From a virus, in the IMG/VR virus record IMGVR_UViG_3300011423_000003: a stretch of 47,490 nucleotides of DNA; one strand, written 5' to 3'. A program made the translations under genes and the position numbers. The stretch's first letter is position 1. Every line of letters starts with the position of its first letter. The notes below the pieces were generated by a model, which did not search any database, was not told the origin of the DNA, and worked only from the letters and a program-made list of their open reading frames with translations. Positions 34,170 to 40,931 of the stretch are shown piece by piece.

Positions 34170-35416
34170 TCCATTGTGTCCTCTGTTAGGGCCTTGTTAG
34201 CATCACGCGCGAACTGTTCGTTAATCTCGAGGCCCATGATCCGAGTGGCTCCCAAGCGTTTTGCTGCGCGGAGGGCTGAACCGGAACCAGCTGTGGGGTC
34301 GAGCATTGAGGTGTGGCCGTCAACGAGCATCTTGAAGAAGTGGGTCAGCATCGTGACTGGCTTCTCACTCATGTGTCGATCACTGACCGTCGATGCAGAG
34401 AAAAGGTTCGAAGCGATCTTGACTATTGGGTGGTCACCTCGAGAACAGAAGAAGGCCGTCTCGTACACTCGGCGAGCCATATGCTGTGGACGTGGAGCGT
34501 TGCCAGCGTTATCCGACTTGTGCCAGATCAATGGATAAGCATCGACGAAGAACTCGCTCGAGAGGAGATCGTAGGTCTCTTGATAGTGAGTCATCGAAAA
34601 CCAGAAGACCATATGTCCGCTGTCACTCATTATGAGATCGAGATTACCTAAGAGACAACGGATTAGCTGGATGTAGTTCTCTTTGGTATCTTCGTAGTCT
34701 CCGTGAACGTGGCCTCCAACGAAAGCGCTGCCGAACTTGTGAGCGTTGATCCCGTAAGGAAAGTCACAGTGAATAAAGTTGAACAATGGCCCGCGGTAGT
34801 CAGGAGCCCACTTTAGAAAGCTCGTATTCAGGATCGCATCTTTCGGTCGATCCGGCTCAACAAGGTCCATCACTTTGTCTAACTCAGCGGCGGCCTTTCG
34901 CTCAGCCACTCGCCTTGTCATGTTCACCGCTGTAGTGTAGCGAGGCGCAGCGTGGATCATCGACTTCGGGTCCGCAAGTTCCTTGGCAACAGTGATTCGG
35001 GCAGAGGCTTCCGGCTGAGTAAGGCCCAACGCTTCTGCCGTGTCTTCAAGCGTCCATTTTTCTTCTTCACCAGCACGGAGTCTATGATACTCTTGGACCG
35101 CTTTGCACTCATCTTGCCACGGCAGTTCCTTGCGTTTGACATTTTCCTCAAGCTCTATTGCATGGAGCAGATAAGCATCGCACTCGTCTTGATACTGGAT
35201 GGTGACATGGCTCCAGCCAAGCATCTTCACTGCTGTTAAGCGTCGCTCACCAGAGACGAGAACCAAGTCTCTTGTAACGACGAGTGGATGGATCAAGCCG
35301 AGTCGGCTGATTGAGTCGGCGAGAACTTCAACATCCTCGAGATCGCTCCGTTGGCGCTCATCGCGGTTGACTATGATTTCTGAAGTGGAGACGGACTGGA
35401 ATTGGGCTGAGGTCAT
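34166..35416 (-). CDS. ParB-like nuclease domain fused to a beta-class N6A/N4C DNA methyltransferase
   Basis: N-terminal ParB box LIHPLVV...GERRL. Motif IV variant CDFPYG lies before motif I LDPTAGSGSALRAAKRLG, and the IV-then-I order is that of the beta class. Confidence 0.8.
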   Translation of the reverse strand: MTSAQFQSVSTSEIIVNRDERQRSDLEDVEVLADSISRLGLIHPLVVTRDLVLVSGERRLTAVKMLGWSHVTIQYQDECDAYLLHAIELEENVKRKELPWQDECKAVQEYHRLRAGEEEKWTLEDTAEALGLTQPEASARITVAKELADPKSMIHAAPRYTTAVNMTRRVAERKAAAELDKVMDLVEPDRPKDAILNTSFLKWAPDYRGPLFNFIHCDFPYGINAHKFGSAFVGGHVHGDYEDTKENYIQLIRCLLGNLDLIMSDSGHMVFWFSMTHYQETYDLLSSEFFVDAYPLIWHKSDNAGNAPRPQHMARRVYETAFFCSRGDHPIVKIASNLFSASTVSDRHMSEKPVTMLTHFFKMLVDGHTSMLDPTAGSGSALRAAKRLGATRIMGLEINEQFARDANKALTEDTME

Positions 35417-35437
35417 TTGGCTCTCCTGTGAGGAAGG

Positions 35438-35469
35438 CCGGAGCCAAATGCAAGACCTGCTGGCTCCGG
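35438..35469 (-). terminator. 9-bp-stem hairpin downstream of the PEP-CTERM gene (no U-tract)
   Basis: CCGGAGCCA-N14-TGGCTCCGG, located between the stop at 35479 and the next start at 35416. Confidence 0.3.
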
Positions 35470-35478
35470 CCGACTTAG

Positions 35479-36243
35479 TTAAGCTAAACGCGCTTTACGC
35501 CTACGATGCAACGCTACAAGACCGCCGATACCTGCGATCAGCAGAGGAAACCCCGAGCCGACAGCAGGAAGTGGAACTGCCGCCACTTGCGGGATGAGGA
35601 AGAAGCTATCAGGTCCATCATTAGCATTGGTGATACGCGCGAAGAACATAACCTGATCCCCAGCACTGACGCCAGCCAAAGAGAGTCCATTGATCGTGTA
35701 GTCAGGAAAGCCAGTCCCGTTGTTCAGTGGAGTGATGTCGTACCCTCCCGGTGGTCTGAACACCGCGAGAACTGTGTGGGTGGAGAGGTTAAGGAACCAA
35801 AAACTCTCCAGAATCTGAGCATCGCCGCCATTCTGGTTGCTGTCCACTCCGATACTGAAGCCATTAAAGCCGCCGATAGCTGCGAGCAGTGGAGAGTTGA
35901 GGCCGAGGGTGTAGCCGGTAGTCCCGGCAAACTGGTCGAGAGCGAGGCCAGACCCACCACCTCCTGGGACAACAGCCGTCGAAAAGTAGCTGACGGTATT
36001 TTGTGCTCCGTTGTTGTGGAAGTCGTTGTAGCCGAAGCCGGAAGGTTGCTGCGGCTGAGTTGCACCGCAGATGATGCAAGGCAAGTTGGTGACTTGCTGA
36101 CCAGGAGCGGTTGGAGTGATCGTTAGATTAGCTGCTCCGTCCGTGATCCAAGGAGTCGGATCAAGGCCGAGGTTTACTGTAGTAGCTTGTGCGCCGCTGA
36201 CTAAGGCGCAAAACACTGTAGTAGCCAGCAAAAGCTTTCGCAT
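35479..36243 (-). CDS. Secreted protein with PEP-CTERM-class (VPLPA variant) C-terminal sorting signal
   Basis: Signal peptide MRKLLLATTVFCALVSGAQA. C-terminus VPLPAVGSGFPLLIAGIGGLVALHRRRKARLA (motif, TM helix, Arg cluster). Own RBS GGAGAC. Flanked by 62-63-bp gaps containing hairpins. Confidence 0.75.
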   Translation of the reverse strand: MRKLLLATTVFCALVSGAQATTVNLGLDPTPWITDGAANLTITPTAPGQQVTNLPCIICGATQPQQPSGFGYNDFHNNGAQNTVSYFSTAVVPGGGGSGLALDQFAGTTGYTLGLNSPLLAAIGGFNGFSIGVDSNQNGGDAQILESFWFLNLSTHTVLAVFRPPGGYDITPLNNGTGFPDYTINGLSLAGVSAGDQVMFFARITNANDGPDSFFLIPQVAAVPLPAVGSGFPLLIAGIGGLVALHRRRKARLA

Positions 36244-36266
36244 AGGCTTAGTCTCCTCTGGGTGGG

Positions 36267-36293
36267 AAAAAGAGGCAGGGGCTGGTGAGCCCC
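36267..36293 (-). terminator. Possible intrinsic terminator after the DUF669-like gene
   Basis: On the - strand it reads GGGGCT-CACC-AGCCCC followed by TGCCTCTTTTTCCC. Confidence 0.4.
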
Positions 36294-36306
36294 CACCTCC
36301 TACTAA

Positions 36307-36747
36307 TCAAACCTTGGCGGTCTGACTAATTTCGCTGTAAACAACCGAGCCGTCCTTTGCGGGGCGGTGACGGATAGTGATGATGACTTGACGGCCTGGT
36401 GCCTCGTTAATGAGCTGAGACAACCGCTTCGCCCCGCCTTCATCGTCGATCCCGAGATCATCGACCAAGAACTTCTTGGCCCTCCACAGCGAGTCCTCAG
36501 TCAAGAACACTCTGTGACGGATTGACTTGCCGTTGATCCCACCGGCCTCCATCAAGGCCAGCTTATCCACATCTTCTCTCTCACTCAAAAAGCGGAGAGT
36601 AAAGTCCACGCATTGAGTCTGATTCTCTCCCACCTTCTCGAACTTCGGAAGGCCCTCAACAAGTGCGACGTAGCTGCCGACTGGATAAGGCTTCGGTCGA
36701 TCAATCTCACTCATAGGCTTGTTCAAGATGTCTTGAAAGTCTGTCAT
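36307..36747 (-). CDS. DUF669-like protein (putative ssDNA-binding partner of Sak4)
   Basis: 146 aa. Sits next to the AAA_24 ATPase, as is typical for DUF669. The pattern PVGSYVALVEG...FTLRF recalls that family. Confidence 0.45.
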   Translation of the reverse strand: MTDFQDILNKPMSEIDRPKPYPVGSYVALVEGLPKFEKVGENQTQCVDFTLRFLSEREDVDKLALMEAGGINGKSIRHRVFLTEDSLWRAKKFLVDDLGIDDEGGAKRLSQLINEAPGRQVIITIRHRPAKDGSVVYSEISQTAKV

Positions 36748-36758
36748 TTGTTGATCCT

Positions 36759-37568
36759 CTATTTTGCAAGTTTCACTACGTTGGAAGCACCCTGGACGGT
36801 TCGGAAGAACGTGACCAGGGCTTGGTCGATCGGAAGCGTCTCAGCCAACTCGAACGAGGCCGGGTTCTTCAGGTCGATCAAGGGGGTGGAGACAGTCCTC
36901 ATCGAACGCTTGATGGACTGTCCGGAGCCAGACGACTCGACTAAGGCAACCGAGTTGAAGTAAGGTGCGATCTTGGGGGAGAGCGCCTGACCTACTGCGA
37001 TCGGAAAGCCTTTCGTCGTGCCGTCTGGCCGATTGAGAAAGGTCATGTGAGCAATGACGATTACGTTGGGCTTGAATGACTCAGCCGTCAACATGGCTAA
37101 GGTGTGCTCGATGGACTCTTGAGCGGAGTAGAAGATGGCTCGCTTATCTTTTGCTCCGGGGTTGAGGAAGTGGGCGTAGTTGAAGGCTGCTTGAGAAAAG
37201 AAAGTAAGAGAGTCAATGACGAGAACCGTATCGGTCGGCCACTGACTCGGTTTACCCAACTCTCCCCACTTATCGAGTAGCTGCATTGCTGTGATAAAAG
37301 CTTTTGGTGCTCCGTCGAGCACAACCCCAGCGCCAGAACCCTTGTACTGGTCGCGGAGTGTTTCAAACGAGACATTCTGAGCCTTATCAGGGCATCTTCG
37401 ACGGACTTGTGAGACAAGGGAGTCGAGCCCGTTGTCGAAGTCGAGGATGCGGAGCTTGTATCCGGCTTCGACGAGGGAAGCGAGAGAGGAGGTTTTTCCT
37501 GCACCGGAATCTCCAATCATTAAGAGCTTGGTTGTTGTTGTGCTGACGTGCTTGTCAAGGCTGGGCAT
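36759..37568 (-). CDS. AAA_24 / Sak4-like RecA-fold ATPase (recombination)
   Basis: Walker A MIGDSGAGKTS, then ILDFDNG, then Walker B VLVIDSLT. RBS GAGAGGA. Confidence 0.7.
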   Translation of the reverse strand: MPSLDKHVSTTTTKLLMIGDSGAGKTSSLASLVEAGYKLRILDFDNGLDSLVSQVRRRCPDKAQNVSFETLRDQYKGSGAGVVLDGAPKAFITAMQLLDKWGELGKPSQWPTDTVLVIDSLTFFSQAAFNYAHFLNPGAKDKRAIFYSAQESIEHTLAMLTAESFKPNVIVIAHMTFLNRPDGTTKGFPIAVGQALSPKIAPYFNSVALVESSGSGQSIKRSMRTVSTPLIDLKNPASFELAETLPIDQALVTFFRTVQGASNVVKLAK

Positions 37569-37764
37569 ATTTTCCTCTCTTTATGTATATCATTGCTATT
37601 CGTACTCGACGACCGAAAGTTCGTATTCTGTTCATTGCTGCTGTCTCACTCCCACCACAGCGGCCGGCAATTGCTCTTAACGACAGCCCTTCCGCTCGTA
37701 GAAGCCAAGCGTGTTCTTTCATAGCCATCTCATATGGTGGCCTCTCATTAGGAGGCCTAAGCAT
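37555..37764 (-). CDS. Small HTH protein (69 aa)
   Basis: ATG 37764 with GAGGGGG 6 nt upstream and an 8-nt overlap with the upstream stop. HTH-like EGLSLRAIAGRCGGSETAAMNRI. Confidence 0.5.
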   Translation of the reverse strand: MLRPPNERPPYEMAMKEHAWLLRAEGLSLRAIAGRCGGSETAAMNRIRTFGRRVRIAMIYIKRGKYAQP

Positions 37765-38647
37765 TCTTAGCCCCCTCACTTGGGTTCCATCTCCTCTTCT
37801 CGAAGTCGCTGTTCAAGAAGGTCTCACGAACGCTTGGGTCTTTACTACAGATCCGCTTGTAGTTGCACAGCATACAGGCCTTGTCGTTCATAGGCCAGTA
37901 GTTTTTCTCGACATATCCGTAGGATCGCTCAATCCAGGAGATGGTGTCTCGTGTCCACTCTTTGAGCTGATCATCTGTACGATATGTGATAGCTCGATCA
38001 AAACGAGTGAATCCGACGGCGATCTGAGCGGCATCAATGATAACACCTCGGACGGGAGTATCATACGCAATCCGTCCTGCAAGTGTGTAAAGGGACATTT
38101 GATTGTCTGGCTCAAACCGATCGAAGTAGTTTGATCCGAGTGTGGCTCCGGTTGTTTTTCTGTCCATAATATACGGAGCGTCAAGAAATGTGACAAGTCT
38201 GTCGAGGTGTCCGGCAAGGGTGATCTCCTTCGTTAGCTCAAAGTGGAAGGTCAGTTCGACGGCTGGGAGGCCATCACTCAAGATCATCGTCTGCGCTGTG
38301 TCCGCTTGAAAGTGGTCAAGATACCAAACAACAGAGCGAACGAGGGTCTCTCGGTTCTTCGCGGTGTCGTCACTTTCCCACTCCCAAGTAATCTTCATCA
38401 GCCATCGGAGAGTGTCGCGGAGGGCGACTGTGTGATCAGCGCCCTTCGCTCTTTCCAAGTCGTAGAGTTCAAGTGATTTGTGGTAGTAAGAGCCGAAGAT
38501 CAAGTGATAGCTTTTGTGCTTGCTGTTCCAGCCCTCGATCATGCAGTAGTAGTATTTGCGGGGGCATTCCTTGAGCCAGCCGAGGGATGTCGAGTCCCAT
38601 GTTTGCTGGACTTGTGTTCCTGTGAAAAAGGCTTCTGGTTTGTTCAT
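37757..38647 (-). CDS. PD-(D/E)XK nuclease, Cas4/RecB-like with 4-Cys cluster
   Basis: GHLDRLV...YIMDRKT (D...DxK), QMSLY (QxxxY), and Cys pattern C(PRKYY)...CMLCNYKRIC (C...CxxCx5C). Confidence 0.75.
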   Translation of the reverse strand: MNKPEAFFTGTQVQQTWDSTSLGWLKECPRKYYYCMIEGWNSKHKSYHLIFGSYYHKSLELYDLERAKGADHTVALRDTLRWLMKITWEWESDDTAKNRETLVRSVVWYLDHFQADTAQTMILSDGLPAVELTFHFELTKEITLAGHLDRLVTFLDAPYIMDRKTTGATLGSNYFDRFEPDNQMSLYTLAGRIAYDTPVRGVIIDAAQIAVGFTRFDRAITYRTDDQLKEWTRDTISWIERSYGYVEKNYWPMNDKACMLCNYKRICSKDPSVRETFLNSDFEKRRWNPSEGAKNA

Positions 38648-38793
38648 GCTACCTCCTCGATTACACGAACGACTTGGAGCAATTTCAATGATGCTCTGTG
38701 TTCATTGGCCCAGGCTTGTGTGTCGAAGCTGATCGGCTTGACAAACAGCAAGTACTTTGCTCTGTCTGAGTGAACGAGAATGATTGCTTTCAT
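38644..38793 (-). CDS. Small hypothetical protein, 49 aa; absent from the ORF track
   Basis: Translated by hand: MKAIILVHSDRAKYLLFVKPISFDTQAWANEHRASLKLLQVVRVIEEVA. ATGA overlaps at both ends fill an otherwise 142-bp gap. Confidence 0.5.
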   Translation of the reverse strand: MKAIILVHSDRAKYLLFVKPISFDTQAWANEHRASLKLLQVVRVIEEVA

Positions 38794-38981
38794 AGACCAA
38801 GCTCATCCAAGTTGATGTTTGTTACTTTCTCTTTGGTTGCTTTCTTCTTCATGGTTCCAGCTGTCTTTGCGCCAAGCATAAATTGTGCTCGAAGGGATTG
38901 AAGGTGCTTCACGATTGCGTCGAGATCTTGATCGGTGAGTGACTCAGGATCACGAGAAAAGAGTTCGCTGATGTCGGTCAT
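38790..38981 (-). CDS. Hypothetical protein (63 aa)
   Basis: ORF coupled to both neighbours. Confidence 0.55.
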   Translation of the reverse strand: MTDISELFSRDPESLTDQDLDAIVKHLQSLRAQFMLGAKTAGTMKKKATKEKVTNINLDELGL

Positions 38982-39166
38982 GCTGCTTCCTCTTCTTTGA
39001 TGCGGGTTGTTGCTTTCGAGTGAATGTCTTTTAAGTGTGAATGGACGAGAACGCGGATCACTTTCGAAGCGCCGAGTCGTGGGTAGAGGGACTGGAGCTG
39101 TTGAAAGTCCCCATCATAAAGGTTTAAGGTGACCTTCATTAAGGGAAAGTCCTCACGTCGCTTCAT
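38978..39166 (-). CDS. Ribbon-helix-helix-like small protein
   Basis: ATG 39166 (alternative 39139). KVTLNLYDGDFQQLQSL...SKVIRVLVHSHL resembles the Arc/CopG beta-alpha-alpha pattern. Confidence 0.5.
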   Translation of the reverse strand: MKRREDFPLMKVTLNLYDGDFQQLQSLYPRLGASKVIRVLVHSHLKDIHSKATTRIKEEEAA

Positions 39167-39359
39167 CTTCTGCGCCTTTCTTGACGATCCAAAGCTGAGA
39201 TGGATCAAGAGGACTCGAAACCAAGCTTAGACAATCCAACTTGGGATCGGCTAGCTTGGCCCGAGTCGAGTAAAACCGAGCCTTCGCCCGTCCAGGGTCG
39301 TCTGTTTGAAAGACAATCCCGAACGGGCTATGCAAGGCGTTATAAAGAAGGGCGATCAA
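39153..39359 (-). CDS. Hypothetical protein (68 aa), TTG start
   Basis: TTGA overlap with the upstream stop. GAGAAGG lies upstream. No internal Met. Confidence 0.45.
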   Translation of the reverse strand: MIALLYNALHSPFGIVFQTDDPGRAKARFYSTRAKLADPKLDCLSLVSSPLDPSQLWIVKKGAEDEAT

Positions 39360-39877
39360 GCCGCCTTCTCTTCAGTCGGCGCGGACAGGTTGTCCAGAAC
39401 GTCGGCCAGTGACTCCTGGGCGATCTTCTGGGCCTCCTGAACCCGGCGGGTAGCGGCAGTGCGGTAGGCGTTGCCCTTGTCTGAGGCGAGCAAGCGAACG
39501 GCGGCGTCAGCAATGTCGCTGGCGTCGGCCTTCCTCTGCATCTCCTTCAGCTTGGCGCGGATCGAGTCTTTAGCCATACGGAAGGCCTCTGCCTCGATCG
39601 GATCTGCCGGGGCACGAGTTCCGCCACGGCGAACGCCGAACTTGTAGTCTTTCGCATACTCGTCGAACTCTTCCTGAAGCTTGGTCAGTGCTGCTTCGGG
39701 GAGATCGTCGCCGTGCTCGGCTTTGTAGTCCTTCACAGTGGAAGCGAAGTTGTTGCGAAGGTTCTCGTGGAAGGTCTGGTTAAGAACTCCCGCTTCGTCG
39801 GCGGTCAGCTGATGACCGGCTTCGTATGGAGAGTGGACAGCAAAGTCGAGGCCTTGGATCGTGATTGACTCTCGCAT
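39356..39877 (-). CDS. Hypothetical GC-rich protein (173 aa), probably highly expressed
   Basis: Strong RBS AAGGGAGA. Has its own promoter and a palindromic element in the leader. G/C-rich third positions. Confidence 0.75.
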   Translation of the reverse strand: MRESITIQGLDFAVHSPYEAGHQLTADEAGVLNQTFHENLRNNFASTVKDYKAEHGDDLPEAALTKLQEEFDEYAKDYKFGVRRGGTRAPADPIEAEAFRMAKDSIRAKLKEMQRKADASDIADAAVRLLASDKGNAYRTAATRRVQEAQKIAQESLADVLDNLSAPTEEKAA

Positions 39878-39908
39878 TGGAATCTCCCTTGTTTGCGAGT
39901 TTTAGTGA

Positions 39909-39939
39909 GGTATGGATAAATCGTTTATGTAGCCATACC
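39909..39939. repeat. Palindromic intergenic element, copy 4 (31 bp; left arm 3-4 nt shorter)
   Basis: GGTATGGATAAATCGTTTATGTAGCCATACC. The right flank GAGTGAACGATAC is shared, in inverted orientation, with copy 5. Confidence 0.85.
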
Positions 39940-39953
39940 GAGTGAACGATACC

Positions 39954-39982
39954 ATTGAACCACACCTGATATGGTTTGTCAA
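39954..39982 (-). promoter_or_regulatory. Sigma70-like promoter (extended -10)
   Basis: On the - strand: TTGACA, 17-nt spacer ending in TGG, then TTCAAT. The transcript would begin just upstream of palindrome copy 4. Confidence 0.4.
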
Positions 39983-40000
39983 CCGTTATTTCACAGTTCT

Positions 40001-40333
40001 TCACATTTTTTTCGTCAGGTGGTCGCCAATCCTGGCAATAGCCAGTTCCATCGAGCGGATGCTTTCCTCTCCTTCCGTTACAAGCTTCATGAAGTGTTGC
40101 ATGTGCTCTTCAGCTTGCTCTCGAGAAAGCACAATCGTCCTCTCAAGCTCATCCAGCTGCTCCCGCATCGAGGTGATACGAGACATGGCGTGAGCGTGAA
40201 CGTCAGCTAAGGCGGCTGAAGTTCGGTGGATTATCTGATCAGCGACGGCGACCGCCTGAGTCGAGGGCTTGTTGTTAACAAGCTCATGCGCCAGCTGTTC
40301 CATCTTCGCAGCAATCTGTTCTTCTTCAGTCAT
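40001..40333 (-). CDS. Hypothetical coiled-coil protein (110 aa)
   Basis: ORF coupled to the upstream gene. Confidence 0.6.
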   Translation of the reverse strand: MTEEEQIAAKMEQLAHELVNNKPSTQAVAVADQIIHRTSAALADVHAHAMSRITSMREQLDELERTIVLSREQAEEHMQHFMKLVTEGEESIRSMELAIARIGDHLTKKM

Positions 40334-40584
40334 TTTCTCTCCACTATGCAGCTAAAGGTGGTTCTGTATTTAAGCTCCGTTTGCTCAATCACTTTTCGGA
40401 GCCATGTCGTCGCTTCTTCTCTCGAGAGGAAAACATCCTTCTCTGTATCCGAAAAGCCTGCACTCCAGACGACCCCACCAAATCGCAGTATTATGGGATC
40501 GCTCCCCTCCCCACTCAATCTTAAGTGAAAGACTGAGGGGGAGAGGGCTTCGAAGAGCAGGCCATTGATGACCCGCTTAACCAT
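40330..40584 (-). CDS. Hypothetical protein (84 aa)
   Basis: ORF with a TAATG overlap upstream. Confidence 0.6.
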   Translation of the reverse strand: MVKRVINGLLFEALSPSVFHLRLSGEGSDPIILRFGGVVWSAGFSDTEKDVFLSREEATTWLRKVIEQTELKYRTTFSCIVERK

Positions 40585-40931
40585 TAGGGCTCCTGCGGCA
40601 GGTTGTCGAGTTCGTCGGCATGGGTCAGCTTTTCGACTTCGACTTCAGGAATGTCGTCGATCTCTTCAGCATACCCTTGGTCCCACTCGTCAGCCCAAGC
40701 GGCCTTCACCTCATCTTCCTCTCCGCTGTTGTCGGCGATCTCTTTAGCTACGTCGTTGCGGAAGACATGGACCTCACTTAGGATACTGTTGTATCCAGTG
40801 ATCTTGTCGTTAAGCGCCCCGATCAAGTTGTTGATCAGGATCAAATCGTTCGAGATCCGATCCGCCTCTTTCTTAAGCTGAGAGACGAACTCGTTCTTCG
40901 TCTCCACCTGCAGTGCAGTCAAGCTATCCAT
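40584..40931 (-). CDS. Hypothetical acidic coiled-coil protein (115 aa)
   Basis: ORF with an 8-nt overlap with the helicase gene. Confidence 0.6.
   Translation of the reverse strand: MDSLTALQVETKNEFVSQLKKEADRISNDLILINNLIGALNDKITGYNSILSEVHVFRNDVAKEIADNSGEEDEVKAAWADEWDQGYAEEIDDIPEVEVEKLTHADELDNLPQEP

Noticed and set aside
35506-36126. 206-aa + strand ORF antisense to the PEP-CTERM gene (and 35724..36065 -, 35864..36079 -)
   Set aside because: These are GC-rich shadow frames. The - strand frame at 35479..36243 has a signal peptide, a sorting signal and an RBS.
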